Source: Planctomycetaceae bacterium
Lineage (GTDB): Bacteria > Planctomycetota > Planctomycetia > Pirellulales > UBA1268
Length of the DNA stretch: 64,000 bases
Assembly: GCA_947481985.1 (NCBI GenBank)
Contig: CANKIK010000007.1
Location: 2,331-66,330, forward strand
Direction: 5' to 3'
Shown here: in pieces, positions 39,128 to 50,441 of the stretch
How positions within the stretch are numbered: position 1 is the stretch's first letter
Layout of the letters: the number at the start of each line of letters is the position of its first letter
Position numbers and translations under genes: made by a program
Notes under the pieces: model-generated
What the model was told of the DNA's origin: nothing
Databases searched by the model: none
Seen by the model: only the letters and a program-made list of their open reading frames with translations

Positions 39128-41101
39128 ATGAGGTACGCGGTATCGTGGATGGTCGTGGGAGTTGTCGGGCTCGCGGCGACGCTCGGGTGCACCAAGACAA
39201 AGCCCGCCGCTGACGCAAGCGCGCAGCAGCCCCCCAAGATCGAGTTCGAAAAGCCCCAGGACTCCACTGCGGCCGTCGACCGCGCCAATCCCGCCGTCCC
39301 AAACCGCCCCGCGCCACCAGCGTCTTCCCCCACCGCGAAGACCTCTGGTGACGGTCCCCCCGGCGCCGGCAAGTTGCCGGAACTGAGGGCCGCACTCGCT
39401 GCTGCCGCTGATGAAGATGGCCGTGTGCTGGCAGTGGATGCGATCGCCGACCTCGGACAGAGCGCCTTTCCTGCACTCGACGACCTCCTCAAGGCCATGT
39501 CCGACGAGAACATCCGACTCCGCTGGCATGCGGCACGGGCCGTCGGTCAGATCGGCGAGGATGCGATCTCCGCGCTGCCGAAGCTCGTGGCCCTCCTCAA
39601 GGACGCCGATCCGGTCGTCGCCACGCAGGCCACCGCCGCCATCGCTGCGATCCGGGCCGATGACAACCGCAAGACCTTCACTCCCGAGCAGTCCAAGCCC
39701 TACAGCGACGCTCTCGACGCCCTGGCAGAATCGACCGTCCACCCCGATGCCAGGGTCCGCCGCGGTGCCCTGCGGGCAATCACCGTCCTCCAACCCGATC
39801 CGGCAAAATTGGCGGAACTGTTCAACCGTCAGTTGAGCGATGCCGATCCGTCGGTGATCATGCCGGCTTTGATGTCGCTGGCGGACCTCGGCCCCCAGGC
39901 TGTACCCCAGTTGATTGAATCTCTCAAAGACCCCAAGGCCCGCTACTGGGCAACCGTGGCCCTGACCGAGATCGGCGCAGATGCCGCCCCAGCAGCCGCC
40001 GCGCTCACCTCCGCAGCCATGAACGGCGAACCGGAGGAGCGGATGCAGGCCATGCTGGCTCTGGCCGCCATCGGTGAGCCGGCCGCAGAGGCCGCCGACG
40101 AACTCGCCACGGCTCTGGAATCGTCCGATACCGCTGTTCAATCGTCCGCGGCCTATGCACTTGGCCGGATGCGTGTGGCATCCGCAGATGCAGCTCTCGA
40201 GAAGGCCTCGACCAATTCCGACGCCTTCCTGGCCAGCATTGCGGCATGGGCCAGAGCGCGGATTCACCCCGACGACAAGGCCCTGGTGGGTGCTGCAGCG
40301 CAGACGCTGACCGCTGCCCTGGGAAGCGATCGGGCCAACACCCGCGTCGCGGCCATGTCGGCACTGGCCGATCTCGCCGGCAGCATCGATGACGCGGAAG
40401 AGCACCTGCTCGCCGAGAAGTTCGTCACGCTCTTGGAGGACGACAACCCCGGTGTCCGGGCCGCTGCGGCAACGTCGCTTGTTCGCCTTGGACCGACGGC
40501 GATGGCCGCTCTCGAGGGAGCCCTTGAGAAGCCGTCGATCCGCACCCTGGTGATGGAACTCCTCGCCGCCGGTGGCTCCAAGGCCAAGCCTGCGGTCGAC
40601 ACGTTGATCAAGACGCTTTCCGACACTGATCCGGAGGCCCGCGGCAACGCTGCGGTGGCCCTGGCATCAATCGGTACTGATGCCGCCGAGGCCGTGCCGG
40701 CCCTCGCCGCACTCCTCGCGGAAAAAGAGGAGGTGAGCGTTCGCTACGCCGCAGCCTATGCCCTGGGGAGCATCGGTCCGGCTGCCTCATCCACCGCCGA
40801 GAGCCTCCGCGGCCTGGCCAAGTCGTCCGACACGCTGATGGCCTCCGTGGCAGTCTGGGCGCTGCTCAAGATCGAACCCGGCAACGTTGCTCAGTTCGAA
40901 ACGGCAGTCCCAGTGCTCCGCAAGGCGCTCCGCAGCGATCGTGATCTCGCCCGTGTGGAGGCCGCCGCGGCCCTCGGTGACATCGGCAAGGCGGCTTCCA
41001 GCGCCATACCGATCCTGGAACTGGTCTGCGAGGACGACCCGGTGGGAGCGGTTCGCAAGGCCGCTGCCGAAGCCTTGGTGAAAATCAAAGCCGCCCGCTG
41101 A
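39128..41101 (+). CDS. HEAT/PBS-lyase repeat lipoprotein
   Basis: Lipobox-like ATLGC after a hydrophobic stretch; many ..VR..AA.ALG.IG repeats. Confidence 0.85.
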   Translation: MRYAVSWMVVGVVGLAATLGCTKTKPAADASAQQPPKIEFEKPQDSTAAVDRANPAVPNRPAPPASSPTAKTSGDGPPGAGKLPELRAALAAAADEDGRVLAVDAIADLGQSAFPALDDLLKAMSDENIRLRWHAARAVGQIGEDAISALPKLVALLKDADPVVATQATAAIAAIRADDNRKTFTPEQSKPYSDALDALAESTVHPDARVRRGALRAITVLQPDPAKLAELFNRQLSDADPSVIMPALMSLADLGPQAVPQLIESLKDPKARYWATVALTEIGADAAPAAAALTSAAMNGEPEERMQAMLALAAIGEPAAEAADELATALESSDTAVQSSAAYALGRMRVASADAALEKASTNSDAFLASIAAWARARIHPDDKALVGAAAQTLTAALGSDRANTRVAAMSALADLAGSIDDAEEHLLAEKFVTLLEDDNPGVRAAAATSLVRLGPTAMAALEGALEKPSIRTLVMELLAAGGSKAKPAVDTLIKTLSDTDPEARGNAAVALASIGTDAAEAVPALAALLAEKEEVSVRYAAAYALGSIGPAASSTAESLRGLAKSSDTLMASVAVWALLKIEPGNVAQFETAVPVLRKALRSDRDLARVEAAAALGDIGKAASSAIPILELVCEDDPVGAVRKAAAEALVKIKAAR

Positions 41102-41245
41102 CCGAACACTCCCTCGGGAGTGGCCCCTTCTGTCAATTTCTGACGCCGCCGAGGCAGCGGATTGAAGACGGCCCGATGAGAATCCGATCTCTCCGGTGTG
41201 GTCCGGGTTCTTTCCGGACCCGAAAAGCCTGCGGGGGGGTTTGCG

Positions 41246-41800
41246 ATGGCCAAAATGGGGTGGTTTGGGAAACTCTGGTTGACCCGTTTTTCGAAGCCTG
41301 TCGGCGAGCGACCGCTCTACCGCCAGATATTCGACCGCCCCCCGCACCGGATTCTTGAGATCGGCATCGGCACCCTTGCCCGGACCGAACGGCTCCTCAA
41401 ACTGCTCCGCGGTTTCGGTGACGATTCGCTCCAGTACGTCGGTCTTGATCGATTCGAGGGCCGTTTGCCAACCGATCCGTCCGGTGTCTCCCTCAAGCAG
41501 GCCCACCAGCGCCTCAGCCCGTTGGCGAAAGTGCAGTTGGTGCCGGGGAACGCCGATTCGGCGCTGTCCCGCGTCAGCAACCATCTCGGCACCTTTGATC
41601 TGGTGCTGGTGTCTGCCGACAACGACCAGCGGCACATGGAGCGCTCTTGGTTCTTTCTCCAACGCCTCGTGAGGCCGGAATCGGTGGTCTTCATCGAACC
41701 GCTCTCCGCCGCCGGTATCCGACTGGCGTGGCAGCCGCTCGAGCAATCGCGGCTGGCTGATTTGGCATCCCGCTCGGTGCAGCGCCGGGCTGCCGCCTGA
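41246..41800 (+). CDS. Hypothetical protein, class I SAM-dependent methyltransferase-like fold
   Basis: [17 protein letters not shown] and FDLVLV motifs. Confidence 0.6.
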   Translation: MAKMGWFGKLWLTRFSKPVGERPLYRQIFDRPPHRILEIGIGTLARTERLLKLLRGFGDDSLQYVGLDRFEGRLPTDPSGVSLKQAHQRLSPLAKVQLVPGNADSALSRVSNHLGTFDLVLVSADNDQRHMERSWFFLQRLVRPESVVFIEPLSAAGIRLAWQPLEQSRLADLASRSVQRRAAA

Positions 41801-41961
41801 CGGGAATTCCCCGCCACAAAGCAGCGTGGCAGGGCCCCGTGGATCGTCGCGGGAACGGCGGATACATTGCAGGTCTTGGCGTCCGTTCTGAGGCCGCCTG
41901 GCCCCCCGTCTTTCCCTTACCGGCCCCCGTCCTTCCCTCACCGGACCCCGGTCCCCACATC

Positions 41962-43371
41962 ATGCCCGCTCCCGCCCGCACTCTGCTCGACAAGATCTGG
42001 GATCACCATCTCGTCTGTGCCCCCGATGGAGAGCAACCGCTGCTCTACATCGACCGCCATCTCGTGCACGAGGTCACCAGCCCGCAGGCCTTTGAGGGGC
42101 TGCGTGTGGCGGGGCGCCGGGTCCGCCGCCCCGAGGCCACCTTCGCCACCCCCGATCACAATATCCCGACCACCGACCGCCGGCTCCCGATCGCCGATCC
42201 GATCTCCAAGCAGCAGATCGACACACTCCGCTCCAACTGCCGTGATTTCGGGATCCGGCTGTTCGATCTGGGGGACGCTGACCAAGGGATCGTGCACGTC
42301 ATCGGCCCTGAATTGGGAATCACACAGCCGGGGATGACGATCGTCTGCGGCGACAGCCACACCGCCACACATGGCGCGATGGGGGCCTTGGCATTTGGCA
42401 TCGGCACCAGCGAGGTGGAGCACGTCCTCGCCACGCAGACCCTGCGACAGTCGAAGCCGCGGTCGTTCGAGGTCCGCGTCGATGGCGCACTCCATCCCGG
42501 CATCACCGCCAAGGATCTCGTCCTCTACCTCATCGGTCGGCTTTCGACCGAGGGGGGCACCGGCTACGTCATCGAATACACCGGCCCCTGCATCCGCCGC
42601 CTGGGAATGGAAGAGCGGATGACCGTCTGCAACATGTCGATCGAGGCTGGCGCCCGCGCCGGGATGATTGCCCCCGATCAGGTGACATACGACTACCTCC
42701 GCGGCCGCGACCTGGTTCCGAAGGATTTTGATGCTGCCGTGTCGCGCTGGGAGACGCTGCCGGGCGATCCGGGGGCCGTCTTTGACCGGGTGGAGGTGTT
42801 CTCCGGTGGGGATGTGGTTCCACAGGTGACTTGGGGGACCAATCCAGCCCAGGTCGTCGGTATCGACGCCACGGTGCCAGACCCCTCACGGCTCGCCGAT
42901 CCCAGCGATCGGGCCAGCGCCGCGCGGGCGCTTGAGTACATGGGCCTGACCAGTGGCACCCCGATCGAGGCGATCCTCCTCGACCGGGTGTTTATCGGTT
43001 CGTGCACCAACAGCCGGATCGAGGATCTGCGGGCCGCTGCCCGCGTGGTCCGCGGACAGCGTGTCGCGGCCAGCGTCCGGGCCATGGTGGTGCCGGGCAG
43101 CGGCCGCGTAAAGCGGCAGGCGGAAGCCGAGGGGCTTGATCGTGTGTTCACCGACGCCGGGTTTGAATGGCGGGAGGCTGGCTGCAGCATGTGTCTGGGA
43201 ATGAACCCCGACACCCTCGCCCCCGGAGAGCGGTGCGCATCAACCAGCAACCGCAACTTCGAAGGACGCCAAGGGAAGGGGGGACGGACCCACCTCGTCT
43301 CCCCCGCCATGGCCGCCGCCGCTGCGGTCGCAGGCCACTTCACCGACATCCGCCAGTGGCGTTACCTGTGA
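41962..43371 (+). CDS. leuC: 3-isopropylmalate dehydratase large subunit
   Basis: [49 protein letters not shown]. Confidence 0.98.
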   Translation: MPAPARTLLDKIWDHHLVCAPDGEQPLLYIDRHLVHEVTSPQAFEGLRVAGRRVRRPEATFATPDHNIPTTDRRLPIADPISKQQIDTLRSNCRDFGIRLFDLGDADQGIVHVIGPELGITQPGMTIVCGDSHTATHGAMGALAFGIGTSEVEHVLATQTLRQSKPRSFEVRVDGALHPGITAKDLVLYLIGRLSTEGGTGYVIEYTGPCIRRLGMEERMTVCNMSIEAGARAGMIAPDQVTYDYLRGRDLVPKDFDAAVSRWETLPGDPGAVFDRVEVFSGGDVVPQVTWGTNPAQVVGIDATVPDPSRLADPSDRASAARALEYMGLTSGTPIEAILLDRVFIGSCTNSRIEDLRAAARVVRGQRVAASVRAMVVPGSGRVKRQAEAEGLDRVFTDAGFEWREAGCSMCLGMNPDTLAPGERCASTSNRNFEGRQGKGGRTHLVSPAMAAAAAVAGHFTDIRQWRYL

Positions 43372-43452
43372 CCAGCGACCGGTGACCGGGGCCCTTGTCC
43401 CCACCGGAAGCGAGCGCCCGCCCAACCGTAGCCTTTTTAGGAGCCTCCGCCC

Positions 43453-44079
43453 GTGCAACCCTTCGTGACCCACACCGGGACCGTTGCCCCCCTCGACAGG
43501 GCCAACGTGGACACCGATCAGATCATCCCCAAGCAGTTCCTCAAGCGGATCGAACGCACCGGTTTCGGCCAGTTCCTCTTCTTCGATTGGCGCTACCTCC
43601 CCGATGGCAGCCCCAACCCGGCGTTTGAACTCAACGTACCCCGCCGCGCCGGCTCGAGTATCCTTCTGGCGCGGAAGAATTTCGGCTGCGGATCGAGTCG
43701 CGAGCACGCTCCATGGGCGCTTTCCGACTACGGTTTTCGGGTTGTCATCGCCCCCACGTTTGCCGACATCTTCTTCGCGAACTGCTTCCAAAACGCGATG
43801 CTCCCGGTGAAGCTCTCGGAGCAGGACGTCGATGAGCTGTTCCGCCGAGCTGCTGCCGCCGAGGCCTGTGGCACCCCCTACCAATTGACGGTTGATCTGG
43901 TGGGCTGCGAAGTCCGGGACGACGACGGCTTTACCAGGCCGTTCAGCGTCGATGGCTTCCGTCGGACCTGCCTGCTTGAGGGCCTCGACCATATCGCCCT
44001 CACCCTTCAGCACCTCGACCAGATCGCCGCCTGGGAGAATTCCCATCAACTCGCACCCCTGAAAGCACTCGATGAATGA
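43453..44079 (+). CDS. leuD: 3-isopropylmalate dehydratase small subunit
   Basis: [29 protein letters not shown]. Confidence 0.97.
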   Translation: MQPFVTHTGTVAPLDRANVDTDQIIPKQFLKRIERTGFGQFLFFDWRYLPDGSPNPAFELNVPRRAGSSILLARKNFGCGSSREHAPWALSDYGFRVVIAPTFADIFFANCFQNAMLPVKLSEQDVDELFRRAAAAEACGTPYQLTVDLVGCEVRDDDGFTRPFSVDGFRRTCLLEGLDHIALTLQHLDQIAAWENSHQLAPLKALDE

Positions 44080-45142
44080 GTCGTCAACCACCCGCGGACA
44101 GCGTTCCGCCTTGGTGGAGCGGCTCGGGCTGCTGGGGTGGATGGTCTGTCTGGCTTGGGTGATCGCACCGCCGGCACGCGGCGGGCAGCCGGCAGATTTC
44201 GAGGCGGTGACGATTCTCGAGGGGCTGACGGGCCCCGTCCGGCTGGCTGCCTCCCCCACCGGCCAGACGCTGTATGTCTTGCAGGAGCAGGATGCTGCTG
44301 TGATTGGCGTCGATCTTTCCGATCCCTCCAAGCGTTGGACGGCGGTCCCAAAAACACCCGGGCTGACCGCGGTGGCGATCGGCTGCATCGATTCCAGCAC
44401 GATCGCGATCGTTGGCCACGGCAGCGAAGAATGGTCGCTTTGCACCCATCGGCTGACGGCACCAGGGACCGCCGTCGATGCCACGCCGGTGCAGTCGGTG
44501 CCGCTGGGGAAGTCCACGGCCAAGGCCTCACTGGTCCGGGTGGTCATCGGTGCAGCGCGAGACTCCCTCGCCGTTGCCGGGCTCCCGGCACCCATGGCCC
44601 CCATCCTCCGCGCCACCGTGACCGGTTCGCGTCTCGGATCGGCATCGACACGCCGTTGCCCACGGGGCTTCGCTGCCCGGCCAGTGGCGACGATACAGAG
44701 CGGATACGGCGAGTGGGGATTCCTGATCCCGGAAGCGGAGGGGGTGTTTTTCTCCTGGTATTCGCCGGGCGGCACCGAACGGCTCATGCATCTGGCCACC
44801 GGGCTCACGAACGTCCGTGATGCAGTCGCCTGCCGCGACAGCGGCCTGCTCTGGGTACTGGCGGGCGAGCCTGGATCACTTGAGCATCCCGAAGGGCTGT
44901 GGCGGCTGGATGCACGCTTCGCCGGCGGTCGTCAGGGAGCCGCTGCGGTGGCCGTCCTTCCTCTGCCAAACGCCCAATCGCTCGTCTGCCTCCCGAAGCA
45001 ATCGATCGCGGTGGCCCTCGGAGGCGACCCCGCGAGGGTGGTGCTGGTGACGCCCCATGACCAGTCCAACAAGTCCAACAAGTCCACCGAGCCCACCGAG
45101 CCCACTACCGGGACAGAGAGCCAGGAGGTCAAGAATCGATGA
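44072..45142 (+). CDS. Exported hypothetical protein, possible beta-propeller
   Basis: Signal peptide ending PARG; blade-like segments ([33 protein letters not shown]); overlaps the leuD stop. Confidence 0.55.
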   Translation: MNESSTTRGQRSALVERLGLLGWMVCLAWVIAPPARGGQPADFEAVTILEGLTGPVRLAASPTGQTLYVLQEQDAAVIGVDLSDPSKRWTAVPKTPGLTAVAIGCIDSSTIAIVGHGSEEWSLCTHRLTAPGTAVDATPVQSVPLGKSTAKASLVRVVIGAARDSLAVAGLPAPMAPILRATVTGSRLGSASTRRCPRGFAARPVATIQSGYGEWGFLIPEAEGVFFSWYSPGGTERLMHLATGLTNVRDAVACRDSGLLWVLAGEPGSLEHPEGLWRLDARFAGGRQGAAAVAVLPLPNAQSLVCLPKQSIAVALGGDPARVVLVTPHDQSNKSNKSTEPTEPTTGTESQEVKNR

Positions 45143-45468
45143 CGATGACACGACGACAGAAGATTGAGGCACTCCTCCGCGATGATCCCGACGACATCTT
45201 CCTCCGCTACAGCCTGGGGCTGGAACTCGAGGGGGAAGGGGAGTGGGAAGCGGGGCTGTCGATCCTCGAGACACTCGCCCGCGGCACGCCACCCTACGTG
45301 CCCGCGTTCCAAATGGCGGCGCAACACCTCGCGAAGCGTGACCGCAACGACGAGGCCCGCGCCTGTCTCCGCGAGGGGATCGAGGCTGCCCGCGGACAGG
45401 GTTTGTCGCACGCCGCCGCGGAGATGGCGGAGATGCTCATGGGACTGGGAGAGGCCGGCGAGGGGTGA
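45139..45468 (+). CDS. Small TPR-like protein
   Basis: RRQKIEALL..DPDDIFLRYSLGLE..PPYVPAF..GIEAA...G..HAAAEM; ATGA overlap with the upstream gene. Confidence 0.75.
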   Translation: MTMTRRQKIEALLRDDPDDIFLRYSLGLELEGEGEWEAGLSILETLARGTPPYVPAFQMAAQHLAKRDRNDEARACLREGIEAARGQGLSHAAAEMAEMLMGLGEAGEG

Positions 45469-45492
45469 GCCCGCGCGGAATTGTCTCTCGAC

Positions 45493-46569
45493 CTACTCTC
45501 CGCAGAGCGGTTCGGCAGCCTCGGCGCCACGGGTGATCACGAACCCCAACTCCTCGATCATCCGGTAGTCGGACTCGGGGAGTTGTCCTTTGGTGGTCAG
45601 GTAGTCGCCGACAAACATCGAGTTGGCCGCGTACAACCCCATCGGCTGAAGGCTGCCGAGGTGGATTTCACGGCCTCCTGCGATGCGGATCTCCGCACCG
45701 GGGTTCACCAAACGCATCATCGCCAAGCCACGCAGGCAATCCCGGGGCGTGAGACGGCTCGATCCCTGGAGCGGCGTTCCGTCAATGGCATTGAGGAAGT
45801 TGAGCGGGATCGACTCCACGGCGAGGAGCCGCAACTCCATCGCCATGTCGACCAGATCGGCCTGCGTTTCCCCCATCCCCATGATTCCGCCGCTGCACAA
45901 CTTCAACCCTGCCGCCCTGCAGGCAGCCAGTGTCGCCACCCTGTCGGCATATCCGTGGGTGGTGCAGACCTCGGGGTAGAAGCGCTCCGAGGTGTTGAGG
46001 TTGTGGTTGACCTTGTCGACCCCGGCTTCCGCCAGCCGTGTCGCCTGCTCGGGCGTGAGAAGCCCCAGGCAGGCGCAGATATTGAGGTCGTAGCAGGCCT
46101 TGATTTCCGGCACGATCCGGCAGACGGCATCCATCTCCCGCTCCGTGGGGCCACGGGCGGAGATCACGATGCAGAACGTCTTCGACTGCCGCTCGACGGC
46201 CAGTCTGGCTCCTTCCAGAAGCTTTGGCGCCGACAGCAGGTTGTAGCGGGGGATCTCGGCATCGGAGACCTTGGACTGCGAGCAGTAACTGCAATCCTCT
46301 GGACAGAGGCCACTCTTGGCGTTCATCAGGAAGAACAACTGCACGGTGTTGCCGAAGTGCCGCTGACGGACCCGCCAGGCCGCTGAGAGCACATCGAGCA
46401 ATTCCTCGTCTGGCGACGCCAGCAGGGCCAAGGCCTCCTCCCGCGTGATGGCTCCTCCTGCGAGCACACGATCGGCGATGGCCCCCCAAGACTGCCGGCG
46501 CGGCACCGCAGCGGCAACCGGGGTTGCGGGGCGGGACGGGGCTGCTGCCCGGGGCGGGCGAGTGGACAT
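45493..46569 (-). CDS. bioB: Biotin synthase
   Basis: Radical SAM CPEDCSYCSQS, NHNLNTS, CSGGIMGMGE, SIPLNFL, RIAGGRE, GDYLTT. Confidence 0.96.
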   Translation of the reverse strand: MSTRPPRAAAPSRPATPVAAAVPRRQSWGAIADRVLAGGAITREEALALLASPDEELLDVLSAAWRVRQRHFGNTVQLFFLMNAKSGLCPEDCSYCSQSKVSDAEIPRYNLLSAPKLLEGARLAVERQSKTFCIVISARGPTEREMDAVCRIVPEIKACYDLNICACLGLLTPEQATRLAEAGVDKVNHNLNTSERFYPEVCTTHGYADRVATLAACRAAGLKLCSGGIMGMGETQADLVDMAMELRLLAVESIPLNFLNAIDGTPLQGSSRLTPRDCLRGLAMMRLVNPGAEIRIAGGREIHLGSLQPMGLYAANSMFVGDYLTTKGQLPESDYRMIEELGFVITRGAEAAEPLCGE

Positions 46570-46836
46570 GGGACGGACCTCTGGCAAAGGGGACTGGGCA
46601 GGGGGCAGATCGAGATCACGCGAATGTATGCGACTGGGCCCGATCCCGCCAAATCTCGGCTCTGGTGGCCGCAATCCCTCCGCTTCCCCCCCAGATCGCC
46701 CGGGAGTCGGCGTGGTCGGGGCAGGGAGGGAGGTTCACACCACCCCGGTGGTGGCTCAGCGAAATCTTTCCCCCCCGCACAACCGATATACCCCGGACGA
46801 CCCTCATCTGTCGGCTCTCCCGAGGAAGCGATTCCC

Positions 46837-49197
46837 ATGGTCCGCATCCGATCCTTCGAAGCCCCACTGGTCGGCCTCTTGGCAGCGCTGGCGACGTTCT
46901 GCGCCCTGGAAGCCCGTGGGGATCAGCCCTATTCAGTGGTTGGTCAGTCGAGCAGCGCCACGGCCGCGACCAACCGACGGCCGATCGCGGAACGGATCAA
47001 GGCGGCCAATCGCCCCATCGTTCTTTCGTCTGACGCCCAACTCGCCCCCGACCGCGGACTGATCGCGGCCCTCGGGGGAACATCAGTCCCTCTGGAGGCC
47101 GCGGCTCCCACGGCGCCGGCATTCGCAGAGCTCTCCACCGCCGTTCCCACGCTCGCACTCGACGCGTGGGCGGACGAGCCCTCGCTCGCCGACGCGCCCC
47201 TGATACTCCCTCCCCCGGCCGAGGAACCGCTCTCCTCCAACCCCACCACTGCCGACGACGAGAGTGTGGCCGAGGTGTCAAATCTTGACGCCCAGCCTGG
47301 CCTTGGCGAGAGCCCGGAAGGGATCGACAACACGGCGGTGACCGACGCAGGCAGTTTCGAATTGGAATCGATTTCCGACGAGGGTGAGTCTCCCGAAGAG
47401 ACGACGGCCCCGTCCTCTGCGAGCGGCGCAGAAGGAGCAACGCAGGCCGCGTCAACTCCACCGGCGCCCTTCCCCGGCCAGTCCAGCCAGTCGGCTGCCG
47501 GCGGACAGCGTCGCGGCAATGGCCAATCCGCTCCCCGGCAATCTGCTCGGGTAACACCGCAGCGGCGGGCAGCACTGCTCGACCGCTTGAAAACGGCTCT
47601 GGCCGCCATGCCTCGTCCCCTGGGACTGGTGCCGACCGCCCCGTCGCCAAGGCCACTTGCCGCCGGCCGGCGATCGACCGGCCAGCATGCGGTGGCTGCC
47701 CGACAGGCTCGGGTGCCCACGAAAGCCGTGGTGCTCAAGCCGGATGATACGACTCTGGATGGATTAAGGCCTGCTGATACCGAGAGCCCCGATACCTGCC
47801 AGGCCGCAGAAGAGAGTGGGGGTGGGGATGGCAGCGTCTCGTCGCTGACCCAGACCTCTGACAACACCCCGACCACGAACCAGCAGGAACCAGACTGTGA
47901 TCTGGTTGGAGTTCAGGGCTCCGATGAGTCGGTAGGCTTCTTGGATACTGACGACAACGCCGCCTGCAGCGAGGATGCCTGCCCCGCCGCCATCAGCCCG
48001 GATGGTGCAGAACTCTCCACCGAGCAGACCACCACCGAGACCTTGTCGGAGCTTGCGACCGTGACAGACCCGCTGACCACCGAGTCGGCGGAGGGGCTCT
48101 TCCTGAGCAGTACTCCAGTCGCGTCCGATGAGCAGAGCAGCCTCGATGAGCTCCCCGATGACACCACAAGCTCAAGTCCTTCCCAGAGCGATTCGACGTG
48201 GGCGGCGACCACACCTGCCGCCATGACCGACACCCCTGAGGCGACGGCCCCCCGTGAACTGGCCCCCAACCGGCCGGATCAGACTCAGAAAACGCTCCCC
48301 CCACAGGCAGTCCGCAAGACGCTCTCTCCGCAGCAACCGAGGTACCGGGCTCCGGCATCGGTGGTTCAGCGGCAGACTCCGCTCGACCGGCTGCAAGCCC
48401 GTCTCGAAAGCCTTCCCCGCCCCTTCGGCCTGCTGCCAGCGCCCCGTCCCTCGATGCGTAGCGGAGCCGCTCCTCGGACGCGTCAAGGAGAGACACCGCT
48501 TGTGACGGGGCAATTGGCTGGCAAACCGAAGGCGGCCCACGGATCGCCGCGGCCCCTCGCCGCCAACCAGCGGGCCTCGCGGCCGCTGGACGGCGCCGCC
48601 GCCGCCTCCGGCCCCGTCGCCCTGGCTCTGGCACCGCACGGTGACGACGAGGCCCAAGGATCATCGGAGACCACAACGCTCGCCTCGGGCAACGATGACG
48701 TCGAAGCCCGGCTGGCGGCTGACGATGACAGCACCGCTTCTGACAGTGGCACTGCGGGCGCACCGCCGTCGCTCTCCCCCCCCGGTTCCTCCCCACAGCC
48801 CGTCGGGCTGGTCGTCGAGATCCGCGGTCCCGGGGAGGCCGTCAGCCGCGGAGGCCGGGTGGAAATCCACTTCACGGTCCACAACGGCGGCGACACGGTC
48901 ATCGAGGCGGTCGCTCTGGCGATGCATTTCGCGCATGGGGTTGAACCACTCGCGGCGACAGGTCGGCCTTTTGTGATCACGAAGGACAGTTCGATGGTCT
49001 TCGAGACACTTCCACAACTCGCTCCGGGGGAATCCCTGGAGATCGATGTCGTCGCGATCTGCACCCGTGAGGGGAAAGTAGACTTCTTGGCGTCCGCACA
49101 CTGCGGAGGGAACACCGACCAACGCACCGCCGGAGGGGTGGTGAGCGTAGTCTCGGAAGCCATCGCCGACCATCCCACCGGGACCACGCGTCGCTGA
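46837..49197 (+). CDS. Exported, largely disordered protein with internal repeat and C-terminal DUF11/Ig-like domain
   Basis: Signal peptide ending EARG; acidic low-complexity blocks; C-terminal VEIHFTVHNGG..LPQLAPGES Ig-like domain. Confidence 0.65.
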   Translation: MVRIRSFEAPLVGLLAALATFCALEARGDQPYSVVGQSSSATAATNRRPIAERIKAANRPIVLSSDAQLAPDRGLIAALGGTSVPLEAAAPTAPAFAELSTAVPTLALDAWADEPSLADAPLILPPPAEEPLSSNPTTADDESVAEVSNLDAQPGLGESPEGIDNTAVTDAGSFELESISDEGESPEETTAPSSASGAEGATQAASTPPAPFPGQSSQSAAGGQRRGNGQSAPRQSARVTPQRRAALLDRLKTALAAMPRPLGLVPTAPSPRPLAAGRRSTGQHAVAARQARVPTKAVVLKPDDTTLDGLRPADTESPDTCQAAEESGGGDGSVSSLTQTSDNTPTTNQQEPDCDLVGVQGSDESVGFLDTDDNAACSEDACPAAISPDGAELSTEQTTTETLSELATVTDPLTTESAEGLFLSSTPVASDEQSSLDELPDDTTSSSPSQSDSTWAATTPAAMTDTPEATAPRELAPNRPDQTQKTLPPQAVRKTLSPQQPRYRAPASVVQRQTPLDRLQARLESLPRPFGLLPAPRPSMRSGAAPRTRQGETPLVTGQLAGKPKAAHGSPRPLAANQRASRPLDGAAAASGPVALALAPHGDDEAQGSSETTTLASGNDDVEARLAADDDSTASDSGTAGAPPSLSPPGSSPQPVGLVVEIRGPGEAVSRGGRVEIHFTVHNGGDTVIEAVALAMHFAHGVEPLAATGRPFVITKDSSMVFETLPQLAPGESLEIDVVAICTREGKVDFLASAHCGGNTDQRTAGGVVSVVSEAIADHPTGTTRR

Positions 49198-49204
49198 TCG
49201 AAAT

Positions 49205-49235
49205 TGATCCGGAGGCAGCGTGATCCGGAGGCAGC
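49205..49235. repeat. Tandem direct repeat TGATCCGGAGGCAGC x2 (16-bp period)
   Basis: 49205-49219 and 49221-49235 are identical; located between convergent genes. Confidence 0.75.
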
Positions 49236-49271
49236 CAGTGAACCTCATCCACACGCCATCGCGGTCGGAGT

Positions 49272-50411
49272 TCAGTCCTCGACGAGCGAGAGCGGGAACG
49301 GGCTGAGGAGTTCCAGGCCGCTGGCGGTGACGAGGTAGTCGTTCTCGATGCGGATCCCGACCTCGAGGTCGGGGCCGTAGAGTGCCGGCTCAACGGCGAT
49401 CACATCCCCCTCGGCCAGCACATCGTCCCAACTGGGGTTGAGATGCGGTGTCTCGTGGACAAAGAGCCCGATGCCGTGCCCCAGATGGCTGTCCCATGCA
49501 CCGAGCTTTGGCGTGGCGTTGAGCCAATCGTGCACCGCAGCGTAGATGTCCTGGCAGCGAACGCCGGGCCTCCCCATCCGCTCCACGATGGCAAACGCCC
49601 CGCAGACGCGCTTCCAGGCCTGGTACTGGGCATCCGTGGGGCGCCTGTCGACCGACAGCGTTCGGGCGTTGTCGGCGAAGTAGCCCCGGTAGGCGGGCCC
49701 TAGGTCGAGGATGTAGAGTTCGCCGGCCCGTGCCCCGCGCGGACGGGGCGCCCCGCCGCGGACACCAGATGCGTAGTCGTTGCCGGTGTCGGTGATCATC
49801 TCCCCGCACGACTCGACAGCCGCTGCCTGCAGGCTGGAGAAGACGGCCAGTTCGGACACCCCCGGTTCGATCATCGCCCGGGCGGTGCGGTACATCGCCC
49901 CAGTGGCGTCGATGGCCCGGCGTAACAGCGCCAGTTCATCGGCGTCCTTGCGACGACGCAGGTCCCAGAGCACGGGATCAACGTCCACCAGACTGGCATC
50001 GGGGAACAGCCTCGTGACGTGGGGACAGCAGGCGGAAAACTCCACGGCGACTTTGGATCGTGGTCCTCGTGACAACAACCAGTCACCGAGAAGGGCGGCC
50101 GAGGCCTGACGCTGGTCGAGCCGCAGCGTCGAACGCCACTTGCTCTGGTAGACGCGGAGGTCATCGGCCGCGGCCAACTCCACCTCCCGGTCGGGGCAAA
50201 CCAAGAGGACGCGGGCTTGGGAGTCGATAGCCACCAGCGGGGCCCGTGCCCAACGGTAGTCCCAGCGATGTCCGGTGAGGTATTGGACATGCTCGGGTGA
50301 GGTGAGCACCACCAGATCCGGGGCCCCACCGGGGGCCGCCGCGAGCCTGGAGAGCAGTCGCTGCTGCCTGGCACGGCACAGATCGAGGTCGAGCAAGGGG
50401 ATGCCGTTCAT
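49272..50411 (-). CDS. Xaa-Pro aminopeptidase (M24 family)
   Basis: RRRKDADE, ILDLG...GYFADNART, HLGHGIGL..HE, AVEPALY, GIRIENDYLVT. Confidence 0.92.
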   Translation of the reverse strand: MNGIPLLDLDLCRARQQRLLSRLAAAPGGAPDLVVLTSPEHVQYLTGHRWDYRWARAPLVAIDSQARVLLVCPDREVELAAADDLRVYQSKWRSTLRLDQRQASAALLGDWLLSRGPRSKVAVEFSACCPHVTRLFPDASLVDVDPVLWDLRRRKDADELALLRRAIDATGAMYRTARAMIEPGVSELAVFSSLQAAAVESCGEMITDTGNDYASGVRGGAPRPRGARAGELYILDLGPAYRGYFADNARTLSVDRRPTDAQYQAWKRVCGAFAIVERMGRPGVRCQDIYAAVHDWLNATPKLGAWDSHLGHGIGLFVHETPHLNPSWDDVLAEGDVIAVEPALYGPDLEVGIRIENDYLVTASGLELLSPFPLSLVED

Positions 50412-50441
50412 TCCAAGACTCCGCAGGGGGCACTGTGGGGA

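Noticed and set aside
46570-46836. BirA-type biotin operator upstream of bioB
   Set aside because: No convincing TGTAAAC/GTTTACA-like inverted repeat was seen.
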